A DNA stretch of 64,000 nucleotides from Candidatus Coneutiohabitans thermophilus (GTDB lineage: Bacteria > Zhuqueibacterota > Zhuqueibacteria > Zhuqueibacterales > Zhuqueibacteraceae), in contig JAPDQY010000002.1 of assembly GCA_034505235.1 (NCBI GenBank), positions 14,742-78,741 on the forward strand, given 5' to 3'. The first letter of the stretch is position 1; each line of letters opens with the position of its first letter. The notes under the pieces were generated by a model. It saw only the letters and a list, made by a program, of their open reading frames with translations, made no database searches and was not told the origin of the DNA. The position numbers and the translations under genes were made by a program. Shown here piece after piece: positions 29,162 to 38,946 of this stretch.

Positions 29162-30130
29162 ATGATTCTCGCCGGCGACATTGGCGGCACCAAAGCGCGT
29201 CTGGCATGGTATCGGTTCGAGCACGGCAGCCTTGTTCGTGAGAATACGGCCACCTTTGCGGTGCGCGATTATGCCAGCCTCGCCGAGGTGGTGGCGGCAT
29301 TTGTGACCCGTTTTCCAGCGCGCGCGGCACGCGCCTGTCTCGGCGTGCCCGGGCCGGTGATCCAGGGACGGGCACAGGCGGCCAATCTGCCCTGGCAGCT
29401 CGACGAACAGCAGCTCCAGAAAGCGCTGGGCCTGACACACGTGAAGTTGGTGAATGATTTGTTCGCGACCGCTGCGGCCATTCCTCTGTTGACCGCCGGG
29501 GACTTGATCACCCTCAACCCGGGTGAGGCGCCGGCCGGGGAGGCGACCTATGCGGTGCTGGCGCCCGGCACCGGTCTGGGCCAGGGGTTTTACCACAGTC
29601 GCGCCGGCGTGCTGCCTTCCGAAGGCGGCCATGTCGATTTCGCGCCCACCACTGAAATCGAAATCGAGTTGCTGCGGTTTTTGCGCACACGCTTCCCGCG
29701 CGTCAGCTTTGAGCGGGTTTTGTCCGGACCGGGTTTGGTGAATATCTATGAATTTCTCCGGGAGACCGGCCGCGCACCAGAGCCGCCGAAGTTGCGCCAA
29801 CGTCTGCAGTGTGAAGACCCGGCGGCGGTGATTGCAACCGCTGGTCTGGCCGATGAATTTCCAATTTGCGCGCAAGCCCTGGACCTCTTTGCCGCGATTC
29901 TCGGTGCACAAGCGGGAAATCTGGTGCTCACCCTGCTGGCAACCGGTGGTGTCTACCTGGGCGGCGGCGTGTCGATGAAAATCGCGCGCAAGCTGCAGGA
30001 CGGCACCGTGCTGAAAGCCTTCCTGAACAAAGGCCGGCTGTCCGACCTGGTGAAGAAAACGCCTTTGCACATCATTCGGGATGATCAGGTGGCGCTGCGC
30101 GGTGCCGCTGCGCTGGCTGCCCGGCTTTAG
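29162..30130 (+). CDS. glk: Glucokinase (Glk family)
   Basis: LAGDIGGTKAR, GVPGPV, LVNDL, APGTGLG, SEGGHVDFAP, ERVLSGPGL, GGVYLGGG; GAGGAGG RBS. Confidence 0.92.
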   Translation: MILAGDIGGTKARLAWYRFEHGSLVRENTATFAVRDYASLAEVVAAFVTRFPARAARACLGVPGPVIQGRAQAANLPWQLDEQQLQKALGLTHVKLVNDLFATAAAIPLLTAGDLITLNPGEAPAGEATYAVLAPGTGLGQGFYHSRAGVLPSEGGHVDFAPTTEIEIELLRFLRTRFPRVSFERVLSGPGLVNIYEFLRETGRAPEPPKLRQRLQCEDPAAVIATAGLADEFPICAQALDLFAAILGAQAGNLVLTLLATGGVYLGGGVSMKIARKLQDGTVLKAFLNKGRLSDLVKKTPLHIIRDDQVALRGAAALAARL

Positions 30131-30423
30131 GCCGGTTGCCACGCCATGCGTCCGGCAACCATTGCTCAGGTCTTTTCCCCGACTCCTTCCCCTTGATGAC
30201 AACGGTTTGATGACTTTCATGCGCAGGGATTTCCCCGCCCAAGCCGGGGAAGGCGAAAAAACACACCAAAAGAAAGGCGGGGCAAGAGCAAAAACACCAT
30301 GCTTTCTGCAAAGTCCGGTCAGCACCGGCTTTCTGCTTTTTATCCCGCCACGCCCGGCTTGCCTTTTGCCAAAACTCTGCTTTATTCCTGGGGCAGCGGT
30401 GACGCGTGAAAGGAGGAGAGAAG

Positions 30424-33252
30424 ATGGATTTGCATGCCGCCCTGGTGGCGCTGCTCGAGCCCGGCCGTGTTTTGACCCGCCCACTTGATTTGATTGCCTA
30501 CGCCAGCGATGCCAGTTCTTACCGTCTTATCCCGCAGGCGGTGGTGCTGCCCAAATCCCTGCGTGAAATCCAGGCCTTGTTCGTTTTTGCCCGCGCCAAT
30601 CGCATCCCGTTGACGTTTCGCACCGCCGGCACGAGCCTGTCGGGCCAGGCGGTCACCTCCGGCATCCTGGTGGAGGTGGCGCGCCATTGGAAGAAAATTC
30701 AGGTGGAGGATGAAGGCCGGCGCGTGCGGGTGCAGCCCGGCGTCATCGGCAGCCACGTGAATGCGGTGCTCAGACCCTACGGCCGGCGCCTGGGCCCGGA
30801 TCCGGCTTCGATCGACGCCTGCATGATGGGCGGCATTCTCGCCAACAACGCCAGCGGCATGTGCTGTGGGGTGGTGGAGAATTCCTATCACACCCTCGCC
30901 ACGATCACTTACCTGCTCCCCAACGGGGTGGTGGTGAACACCGCCGAGGCTGACGCCGATGAACGCCTGCGCCAGCAGGCGCCGGCATTGCACCGCGGCA
31001 TTCTCGCACTCAAACAGCGCGTCACAGCCGATGACAGCTTGTGCGTCCGCATTCGCGCAAAATACCGCATGAAAAACACCACCGGTTATTCGCTCAACGC
31101 GCTGCTCGATTTCAATGAGCCGGCGGAGATTCTCGGCCATTTGATGATCGGCTCGGAGGGCACGCTGGGATTCATTGCCGAGGCTGTGCTGCACACGCTG
31201 CCCGCTTATCCCCTGCGCTACACCGGCCTGCTCACCTTCGCCGCGGTGCAGCATGCCGGCAGCGCCATCCTGCCGCTGCGGGATTCCGGTGCGCGCGCGC
31301 TCGAGATCATGGATCGCGCCGCTTTGCGGTCGGTGGAGCATCTCGCCGGCGCGCCCGCTTTGTTGAAAGCACTGCCGGAGGGCGCTGCGGGGCTTTTGGT
31401 CGAGTATCAATGCACCACACCGGAGGAACTGCAGCAGGCGCGCCAGGCCGCGCAGCAGGTGTGCCGCACACTCACGCTGCTGCATCCGCCTGTCTTCACG
31501 GAGGAGGCCGCCGCCCAAGCCTTGCTGTGGAAACTGCGCAAGGGCCTGTTTCCCGCCATTGGCGCGCTGCGGCCGCAGGGTACGACCGTGATCATCGAAG
31601 ACGTGGCCTTCCAAGTGGAGCGGCTGGCGGAGGCCATCACTGATCTGCAGGAGTTGTTTCACGAATTTGGCTATCACGAGGCGATCATCTTCGGCCATGC
31701 CAAGGACGGCAATCTGCATTTCGTGATCACGCCCTCGTTCAATACCGACGCGGAAATTGAACGCTACGAGCATTTCATGGCCAGCCTGGTAAAGCTGGTG
31801 GTGGAGAAGTATGACGGCGCCCTGAAAGCAGAGCACGGCACCGGCCGGAATATTGCGCCCTTCGTCGAGGCGGAATGGGGAAGAACGGCCTTCGCGATCA
31901 TGAAGGAATTGAAGCGGCTGGTGGATCCCGATGGCTTTCTTAATCCCGGCGTGATCATCAATGACGATCCCCGCGCGCACGTGCGGCACTTGAAGACGCT
32001 GCCGGTGGTGGAGACCGAAGTAGACAAGTGCATCGAGTGCGGCTTCTGTGAGCCACACTGTCCGAGCCGCCGCCTGACCCTGACCCCACGCCAGCGCATC
32101 GTCGTGCGCCGTGAAATCGCGCGGCAACGTGCCGCCTGCAGCCACGCTGCAAGTTTGACATCCGTGCTCGGCGATTACCAGTATGCCGGCCTTGAGACCT
32201 GCGCCGTGGATGGTCTGTGTGCCACAGCCTGTCCGGTTGCAATCAACACCGGCGAGCTGGTCAAGCGACTGCGCAGCGAAGGTCATTCTGAAAAAGCCAG
32301 CCGCCGGGCTTTGCAGGTGGCACGCCGGCTGTTGATTATGGAAAAAGCACTGCGTTTTGCCAACCGCAGCGCGCATTGGACGGCACGTGTGCTGGGCGAC
32401 AAGACTCTCCTGAAAATGACGCAGACGGCCGAGCGCCTGCTCCAAACACCGCTGCCGAAATGGCATCATGCCATGCCACCGCCGCCACGACGCATTCCAA
32501 GGACAGGACGGGAGGGAGCGTATGCGGTTTATTTTCCCGCCTGCCTGACGCGGATCATGGGAGGCCCGCCCGCCGGACAACGTGCGCTGCCGGAATTGCT
32601 GCCGCTGCTGGCGGAACGTGCCGGCTTGCCGGTGTGGATTCCCTCCGATAGCGCGGGGCATTGTTGCGGCATGCCGTTTGGCTCCAAAGGCTATACCGCA
32701 GCCTATCACGCAACGCTGCGCCGGATGATCGCGAAATGCTGGGCCTGGTCCGACGAAGGCCGGTTGCCGATCGTGATCGATGCCAGCTCCTGCGCGCACA
32801 CTCTGCGCTCGTGCGCGCAGGATTTGACGGGGGAGGATCTCCAGCGCTGGCGTCAGCTCACCATTCTCGACAGCGTGGAATTCGTGCACGACCGGCTGCT
32901 GAGCCGGCTGCAACCCCGCCGTCTGTCCGAGGCCGTAATGTTGCACCCCAACTGTGCGACGCGCAAACTTGGCCTGACCGACAGGCTGCAGCAGCTCGCC
33001 GCCGCCTGCGCGGAATCTGTCGCCATTCCCGTGCAGCTCGATTGCTGTGCCTTTGCCGGCGACCGGGGTTTGCTCTTCCCGGAGCTGACCCAATCCGCCA
33101 CGGCAGTGGAGGCGGCCGAGGTCAATGCCGGCAACTATGACGGCTATTACTCCAGCAATCTCACTTGTGAAATGGGCATGACGCTCGCGACCGGCCGGCG
33201 CTATCAGTCGATTCTTTATCTCGTCGAGCGCGCCACCCGCAAAGCGTCATGA
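30424..33252 (+). CDS. FAD-binding + (Fe-S)-binding oxidoreductase (Dld-II D-lactate dehydrogenase / YdiJ family)
   Basis: GTSLSGQA, GPDPAS, GSEGTLG, GHAKDGNLHF, KAEHGTGR, ferredoxin motifs CIECGFCEPHCP and CAVDGLCATACP, CCG domains (CCGMP, CCAFAGDRG). Confidence 0.88.
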   Translation: MDLHAALVALLEPGRVLTRPLDLIAYASDASSYRLIPQAVVLPKSLREIQALFVFARANRIPLTFRTAGTSLSGQAVTSGILVEVARHWKKIQVEDEGRRVRVQPGVIGSHVNAVLRPYGRRLGPDPASIDACMMGGILANNASGMCCGVVENSYHTLATITYLLPNGVVVNTAEADADERLRQQAPALHRGILALKQRVTADDSLCVRIRAKYRMKNTTGYSLNALLDFNEPAEILGHLMIGSEGTLGFIAEAVLHTLPAYPLRYTGLLTFAAVQHAGSAILPLRDSGARALEIMDRAALRSVEHLAGAPALLKALPEGAAGLLVEYQCTTPEELQQARQAAQQVCRTLTLLHPPVFTEEAAAQALLWKLRKGLFPAIGALRPQGTTVIIEDVAFQVERLAEAITDLQELFHEFGYHEAIIFGHAKDGNLHFVITPSFNTDAEIERYEHFMASLVKLVVEKYDGALKAEHGTGRNIAPFVEAEWGRTAFAIMKELKRLVDPDGFLNPGVIINDDPRAHVRHLKTLPVVETEVDKCIECGFCEPHCPSRRLTLTPRQRIVVRREIARQRAACSHAASLTSVLGDYQYAGLETCAVDGLCATACPVAINTGELVKRLRSEGHSEKASRRALQVARRLLIMEKALRFANRSAHWTARVLGDKTLLKMTQTAERLLQTPLPKWHHAMPPPPRRIPRTGREGAYAVYFPACLTRIMGGPPAGQRALPELLPLLAERAGLPVWIPSDSAGHCCGMPFGSKGYTAAYHATLRRMIAKCWAWSDEGRLPIVIDASSCAHTLRSCAQDLTGEDLQRWRQLTILDSVEFVHDRLLSRLQPRRLSEAVMLHPNCATRKLGLTDRLQQLAAACAESVAIPVQLDCCAFAGDRGLLFPELTQSATAVEAAEVNAGNYDGYYSSNLTCEMGMTLATGRRYQSILYLVERATRKAS

Positions 33253-33328
33253 GCAGAAAACCGCCAGCGGGCAAGATCGTGCCCAGAGCACCGGTGCGAT
33301 GGCCGGGCTGTGGCGTTGAGGAGCGTGC

Positions 33329-34537
33329 ATGTTAAAACTCGATTTGATTCAAACTCTGGCCTTTGCCGGCCTGGCGCTGTATCTCGGCCATTTTCTGCGC
33401 CGCCTCGTTCCCGTGCTGGCGCGCTACAACCTGCCGGCGCCGGTGCTCGGCGGTTTGCTGGTGGCCGGAATTGTCACAGCCGGCCGGCGGTTTGACATGA
33501 CCTTCTTTGCGTTCGACACGACACTGCAAAGCCCGCTGATGATTGCCTTCTTCACAGCCATCGGCTTCGGCGCCAGCTTGGCGCTGCTCAAACGCGGCGG
33601 CCCGCAGGTGCTGATTCTGTTTCTCTGCGCCACCCTCGGTGCGGTGGTACAAAACCTTCTCGGCATGGCGCTGGCAAAACCGCTGGGCATTCATCCCCTG
33701 ATTGGCGTGATCAGCGGATCGTTGACTCTCGCCGGCGGGCCGGCGACCGGTCTGGCATTTGCGCCATTGTTCGAGCAGGCGGGTATTCCCGGCGCCGCCA
33801 CCATTGCGATTGCCGCGGCGATGGCCGGCATCATCGCGGCCAGCGTACTGGGCGGACCGCTGGCCACTCTATTGATCGAACGCTTTCAGCTCAAGCCCAA
33901 TCCTCGGTCGCACGAAAACGAGGCTGTGTTGCAGCCGGAAGCACCAGCGCCTGCCCGGGGGGCAGCGCAAAATACGGAAGCCGCCGTTCTGCTTAAGAGT
34001 GTGACTCTGCTGCTGGTGGTGATGTGGCTGGGCGCATGGCTCAGCGCCGGCTTGAAGGCCATGGGTGTAACCTTGCCGGCATATATCGGCGCGATGGTGG
34101 TGGCCGCGCTGGTGCGCAACCTTGATGATGCCACCGGCAAGTTCGGGTTGCCGCATCGCACGGTGGAAGCTTTGGGCACGGCGGCGCTGACGTTGTTCAT
34201 CGTGCTAGCACTGATGACGCTGAAGCTGTGGGAGCTCGCCGGCCTGGCGCTGCCGCTACTCGTGATCCTGGCGGCGCAGGTGGCAATGATGGCGCTGGTT
34301 TGTCTCTGGCCGATGTTCCGCCTGCTGGGGCATGATTACGATGCCGCGGTGATGGTGAGCGGCTTCTGCGGCTTCATGCTCGGCACCACCGCCAATGCCA
34401 TGGCCAACATGGAAGCCCTGGTGGAGCGCTATGGTCCGGCGCCGCGCGCGTTTCTGGTGGTGCCAATGATCGGCGCCTTCTTCATCGACTTCAGCAACGC
34501 CTTGCTGCTGACCGCCTGTGTCAATCTGTTTAAATGA
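33329..34537 (+). CDS. gltS: Sodium/glutamate symporter
   Basis: Polytopic membrane protein with YNLPAPVLGG, FFTAIG, LAGGPATG, LPAYIGAM, GTTANAMANM, AFLVVPMIGAFFID. Confidence 0.88.
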   Translation: MLKLDLIQTLAFAGLALYLGHFLRRLVPVLARYNLPAPVLGGLLVAGIVTAGRRFDMTFFAFDTTLQSPLMIAFFTAIGFGASLALLKRGGPQVLILFLCATLGAVVQNLLGMALAKPLGIHPLIGVISGSLTLAGGPATGLAFAPLFEQAGIPGAATIAIAAAMAGIIAASVLGGPLATLLIERFQLKPNPRSHENEAVLQPEAPAPARGAAQNTEAAVLLKSVTLLLVVMWLGAWLSAGLKAMGVTLPAYIGAMVVAALVRNLDDATGKFGLPHRTVEALGTAALTLFIVLALMTLKLWELAGLALPLLVILAAQVAMMALVCLWPMFRLLGHDYDAAVMVSGFCGFMLGTTANAMANMEALVERYGPAPRAFLVVPMIGAFFIDFSNALLLTACVNLFK

Positions 34538-34629
34538 AATGACCGGGTGCGCCCCGACAGTCGGGCGAACCTGCCGCACACCCGGTCAAGCTCATCAAAT
34601 TGTCAAGGACAAGTCAACGAGAGAATCAC

Positions 34630-37437
34630 ATGTCCAAATTGCACGAACTTGCCGAGGCCGGTCAATCTCCCTGGTATGAAGGTTTGCGCCGCGCCTGCCT
34701 GACCAGCGGCGAACTGGCCGGTTGGCTCGAACGCGGCGTGCGCGGCCTGAACGCGAATTGGAACGTCATGGCAAATGCCATAGCCGGCAGCGCCGATTAC
34801 GACGCTGATCTGATCCGCCTCGCTCAGGCAGGCACGCCCATGGCGGAAATTCAGGAAATATTAATTCGGGACGATGCGGCGCGCGCCGCTGATCTGCTCA
34901 AGCCGGTTTACGACGCGACTGCCGGCCGCGATGGGTACGTCAGCCTCGATCTCGACCCGCTCCCGGCCCACGATCCCGCGGCCACGATCACTGCGGCACA
35001 GCGGCTTTTCGCCGCGTTGAACCGTCCGAATGTGATGATCAAAATTCCCGCCACGCCGGCCGCCCTGCCGGCGATCACCGATTTGATCGCTGCCGGCGTG
35101 AACCTCAACGTAACCCTGATTTTTGATCTGCCAACCTATGAGCAGGTGGCCGGGGCCTTTCTGGCCGGACTCGAGCAGCGCCTGGGTCACGGCGAAGCAC
35201 TCCATTCCGTGGCCGCCGTGGCCTCGTTTCACGTCGGAGAGATTGATGCCGCACTCGCGCCGTTGCTGGCGGCAAAAGGGGAAAGCGACCTGCTGAACAG
35301 GCCCGGCGTTGCCTGCGCCAGGCTGCTTTACCAAAAATTTCAGGAAATTTTTCAAGGCCCGCGCTGGCAGAAACTCGCCGCTGCCGGTGCGCAACCGCAG
35401 CGGCTGCTGTGGAGCAGCACCAGCATGAACAATCCCCTGTTCCCCGACACCTTCTATGTCGAAAATTTGACCGGGCCGCAGACTCTCTGCAGCATGACAC
35501 TCAGGACACTCACCGCCTTTCTTGATCATGGCAACACGGCGCCCATGCTGACCGCCGGCATCAGCGCGGCGCGCGCACAGCTTGCGCAGGTGGCGGCCCT
35601 GGGGATTGACATGCATGCGATCGCCCGGCAGCTCCTGCAGCAGAGTCTGCAGGCGCACACCCGGGCACTGGAGAGGCTGCGCGCTCATCTCGCGGACAAG
35701 TTGCAACGTTTGCAGAGCGGACAGGCACGTCACCATTTCTTTTTGGGGAAGTATGAAGGTGCAGTCGCGGCGGCGCTGCAGGAGTTGCACGAGCACGCCA
35801 TTCTGCCGCGGATCTGGCGGCATGATCACACGGTGTGGAAACCTCAACCCACCGAGATTACCAATCGCCTGGGCTGGCTGCACAGTCCGGAAGTGATGCC
35901 GGCGGCCATTGCTGAAATCACCGCTTTTGTGGAGGAAGTGCGCGCTGCAGGCTTCACCCATGCCCTGCTGCTCGGCATGGGCGGCTCGAGTCTCGCGCCG
36001 GAGGTTTTCCGTTTCACCTTTGGCGTGCGGCCGGGATTTCTCGATCTTGCCGTGCTCGACAGCACCGATGCCGAGGCCGTTGCCGCACAGGCGCAACGGC
36101 TGGATCCCGCCAAAACGCTGTTCCTCGTTTCGACAAAATCCGGCGGCACGGTGGAGACGTTTTCGTTCTTTAAATACTTTTACAACTTTGCGGCGCCACG
36201 GGTCGGCAGGGACAAAGTTGGCAAACACTTCGTCGCGATCACGGATCCCGGCAGCGGTTTGGTGGATACGGCCGTCAAGTGGGGCTTCCGCAAGGTGTTT
36301 CTCAATGATCCCAACATCGGCGGCCGCTACTCCGCGCTTTCGTACTTCGGTCTGGTGCCGGCCGCGCTGCTGGGCGTGGATTTGCCCCGGCTGTTGGAAC
36401 GCGCCGCGCTCATGGCATGCAACAGCGAGGGCTGCAATTCTCCCGTGGTGGGAGACAATATCTCTGCAAAGCTCGGCGCGATCCTGGGGGAAATGGCAGC
36501 CAGTGGTCGCGACAAAGTCACGCTGCTGGCCTCAACCGCCATTCGCCATTTTGGCACCTGGGCCGAGCAACTGATTGCGGAAAGCACCGGCAAGGAAGGC
36601 AGGGGCATTTTGCCGGTGGAAGGGGAGGAGGTGGCATCGCCGGCAGCCTATGCCGATGATCGTGTCTTCGTGCATCTGCGGCTGGGCGGGGACAATACTC
36701 TCGCTGCCGCCCTCGCCGCCCTGCAGCAAGCCGGGCATCCCGTACTGCAATTCACCTGGCAGGATGAGTATGATCTCGGCGGCGAATTCTTTCGCTGGGA
36801 AATGGCCACGGCAGTGGCCAGCCGGCGGCTGGGCATCAATCCCTTCGATCAGCCCAATGTGGAATCCGCCAAAGTGTTGGCCCGGCAAATGGTGGCAGCC
36901 TATCAAAAGTCGGGACAGTTGCCCGAAGCCACACCCACGCTGCAGGTGGATGGCATTGCGGTTTATGCCGATTTTGCTGCCACCGATCTGTGGCAGGCGC
37001 TGCAACAATTCCTGGCGCCGGCAGAAAGGGCGGACGGGGCCCGCCCGCGCGCTTATGTCGCTTTGCAGGCTTACTTGCCGCCCGGTGCTGAAACCGACGC
37101 GGCACTGCAGCAGATGCGCCGCCGGATCATGCGGCACTGGCGCTGTGCCACCACCGTCGGCTACGGCCCGCGCTTCCTTCATTCCACCGGCCAGCTTCAC
37201 AAAGGCGATGCCGGCAACGGGCTCTTTATCCAATTTACCTCTGATCCCCGCCAGGATTTGCCGATTCCCGATGAAGCCGGCAGCGCCGCCTCTTCCATGA
37301 CCTTTGGCGTGCTCAAGCTGGCGCAGGCGCTCGGCGATCAGCAGGCCCTGCGCAATGCCGGTCGGCGCGTCATGCGTTTTCACCTCGGAACCGAGGTGGT
37401 GCGGCATCTGCAACGGCTGGCCGATTTGATTGCCTGA
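34630..37437 (+). CDS. Bifunctional transaldolase/phosphoglucose isomerase fusion; Tal domain degenerate
   Basis: N-terminal half: GYVSLD, VMIKIPAT, NVTLIF, RLLWSST. C-terminal half: LLGMGGSSL, STKSGGTVET, IGGRYSAL, EQLIAESTGK, NPFDQPNVESAK, GPRFLHSTGQLHKG. Confidence 0.9.
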   Translation: MSKLHELAEAGQSPWYEGLRRACLTSGELAGWLERGVRGLNANWNVMANAIAGSADYDADLIRLAQAGTPMAEIQEILIRDDAARAADLLKPVYDATAGRDGYVSLDLDPLPAHDPAATITAAQRLFAALNRPNVMIKIPATPAALPAITDLIAAGVNLNVTLIFDLPTYEQVAGAFLAGLEQRLGHGEALHSVAAVASFHVGEIDAALAPLLAAKGESDLLNRPGVACARLLYQKFQEIFQGPRWQKLAAAGAQPQRLLWSSTSMNNPLFPDTFYVENLTGPQTLCSMTLRTLTAFLDHGNTAPMLTAGISAARAQLAQVAALGIDMHAIARQLLQQSLQAHTRALERLRAHLADKLQRLQSGQARHHFFLGKYEGAVAAALQELHEHAILPRIWRHDHTVWKPQPTEITNRLGWLHSPEVMPAAIAEITAFVEEVRAAGFTHALLLGMGGSSLAPEVFRFTFGVRPGFLDLAVLDSTDAEAVAAQAQRLDPAKTLFLVSTKSGGTVETFSFFKYFYNFAAPRVGRDKVGKHFVAITDPGSGLVDTAVKWGFRKVFLNDPNIGGRYSALSYFGLVPAALLGVDLPRLLERAALMACNSEGCNSPVVGDNISAKLGAILGEMAASGRDKVTLLASTAIRHFGTWAEQLIAESTGKEGRGILPVEGEEVASPAAYADDRVFVHLRLGGDNTLAAALAALQQAGHPVLQFTWQDEYDLGGEFFRWEMATAVASRRLGINPFDQPNVESAKVLARQMVAAYQKSGQLPEATPTLQVDGIAVYADFAATDLWQALQQFLAPAERADGARPRAYVALQAYLPPGAETDAALQQMRRRIMRHWRCATTVGYGPRFLHSTGQLHKGDAGNGLFIQFTSDPRQDLPIPDEAGSAASSMTFGVLKLAQALGDQQALRNAGRRVMRFHLGTEVVRHLQRLADLIA

Positions 37438-37473
37438 TCACGGACAGGATTTGTCGTATTGCGGGATGACATC

Positions 37474-38349
37474 ATGAAACGCATTTTGATCACCGGAGCC
37501 AGCGGTTTTCTCGGCGGACATCTTTGCAGCCAGGCCGTCAGTCAGGCGCAGGTTTATGGCCTCTGCCATCACCATTCCGCGCTGCCTCCCGGCGTGACGC
37601 CCGTCCGGCTGGATTTGGCTGACAGCGGGGGCATCGCGCCGGTGTTGCAAGCGGTGAATCCCGACACCATCATTCATGCCGCCGTGCTGCAAGTGGATGA
37701 ATGCGAAACCCGCCCGGAATTGGCGCGCTTGATCAATGTCGAGGCCACGCGCGTCATTGCCCGGTGGTGCGGCGGGCAGGGACGACGGCTGGTCTATATC
37801 TCCTCCGATCTCGTTTTTGCCGGCGACACGGGCTGGTACGTCGAGACCGATGTTCCCAAGCCCCTGAGTGTGTATGGTGCAACCAAACGCGAGGGCGAGC
37901 TGGTGACGCTGGCGCATTGCCCGCAAGCGGCGGTCGCGCGCCTGCCTTTGCTTTATGGCCTGCCTTATGCCCGCGGGTATTGCTTTTTCGCCGGAATGCT
38001 CGAACGTCTGCGTCAGGGTGAGGAGGTGACGGTGTTTCACGATCAATATCGCACCCCAGGGTTGGTGGGAAACATGGCTGCCGCAGTTTTGGAACTGGCC
38101 GGCACCGGCTTCGCCGGCATCATTCATTTGGGCGGAGCACAGCGCGGCAGCCGGTTTGAATTTGCCCGCACCCTTTGTCGCATCGCTGGTTTCCCGGAAA
38201 CCCTGCTGCGACCGGTTTCGATGTTTGCCGTGGCATTGCCCGCAGCGCGGCCGCGCGACGTTTCACTCAAAAACACCATTGCCCCCGGTCTGTTGCGGAC
38301 ACCACTGCTTGGATTTGAAGAGGGGCTGCGCATGCTTGTTGGCCACTGA
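37474..38349 (+). CDS. dTDP-4-dehydrorhamnose reductase (RmlD)-like SDR
   Basis: ITGASGFLG, HAA, YISSDLVF.G, YGATK, DQYRTP. Confidence 0.85.
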   Translation: MKRILITGASGFLGGHLCSQAVSQAQVYGLCHHHSALPPGVTPVRLDLADSGGIAPVLQAVNPDTIIHAAVLQVDECETRPELARLINVEATRVIARWCGGQGRRLVYISSDLVFAGDTGWYVETDVPKPLSVYGATKREGELVTLAHCPQAAVARLPLLYGLPYARGYCFFAGMLERLRQGEEVTVFHDQYRTPGLVGNMAAAVLELAGTGFAGIIHLGGAQRGSRFEFARTLCRIAGFPETLLRPVSMFAVALPAARPRDVSLKNTIAPGLLRTPLLGFEEGLRMLVGH

Positions 38350-38372
38350 GCCCGTGCCTGCCTCAGAAAATT

Positions 38373-38406
38373 AAAAAGCCGGAAGTGCAACCGCACTCCC
38401 GGCTTT
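38373..38406 (-). terminator. Intrinsic terminator downstream of hsp20, possibly bidirectional
   Basis: Stem AAAGCCGGAAGTGC / GCACTCCCGGCTTT with one mismatch and a 4-nt loop; U-run follows on the minus strand; lies between convergent genes. Confidence 0.7.
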
Positions 38407-38441
38407 CGATTTATCTCAGAACGTTGTTGCGCGACCGGTTC

Positions 38442-38864
38442 TCAGCTCACCCGGATGTCGATTTCGCGGCTCATGGCTTCCTTGCTCTTGGGCAGCGTGA
38501 CAGTGAGCACACCATCCTTGTAATCCGCCTTGATGTTGCTGCGATCGATGCCCTCGCCCAGTCGGAAGCGGCGCTCGAAGCGGCCCTGACGCGTTTCACG
38601 CAGATGGAAAGACTGCTCGGCATCTCCCGTCTCCAAACGTTTTTCACCACCCAGCGTCAGCATGCCGTTGTCGAGCGTGATCTTGAGATCGTCTTTTCTC
38701 ACACCCGGCAATTCCGCACGCAGGATGAAACCGTCCTTGCCTTCCAGGATGTCGACTTCCGGCACGAACGATGTCAGGGTATCAGTGCCGTTGAACCAAT
38801 CGCGGAGCAAAGTATTCTCCAGCTCGGAAAACACGGTCGCAGCGGGATGCCATTTCACCAACAT
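38442..38864 (-). CDS. Hsp20/alpha-crystallin small heat-shock protein
   Basis: PEVDILE, AELPGV..DDLKIT, LTLGGEKR, ETRQGRFERRFRL, ADYKDGVLTVTLPK; GAAGGAG RBS. Confidence 0.93.
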   Translation of the reverse strand: MLVKWHPAATVFSELENTLLRDWFNGTDTLTSFVPEVDILEGKDGFILRAELPGVRKDDLKITLDNGMLTLGGEKRLETGDAEQSFHLRETRQGRFERRFRLGEGIDRSNIKADYKDGVLTVTLPKSKEAMSREIDIRVS

Positions 38865-38930
38865 GATCAACTCTCCTTCGGTTTGGGGTTATCGTTAAAG
38901 GTTTATTTGTCGTCTTTTGCCTTGTTTTTA

Positions 38931-38946
38931 TGCAAGGCCCATGCCG
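38931..38946 (-). promoter_or_regulatory. Sigma-54 (-24/-12) promoter for hsp20
   Basis: Minus strand CGGCATGGGCCTTGCA has GG and GC at the exact -24/-12 spacing, with an A-rich tract downstream, about 65 bp before the ATG. Confidence 0.6.
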
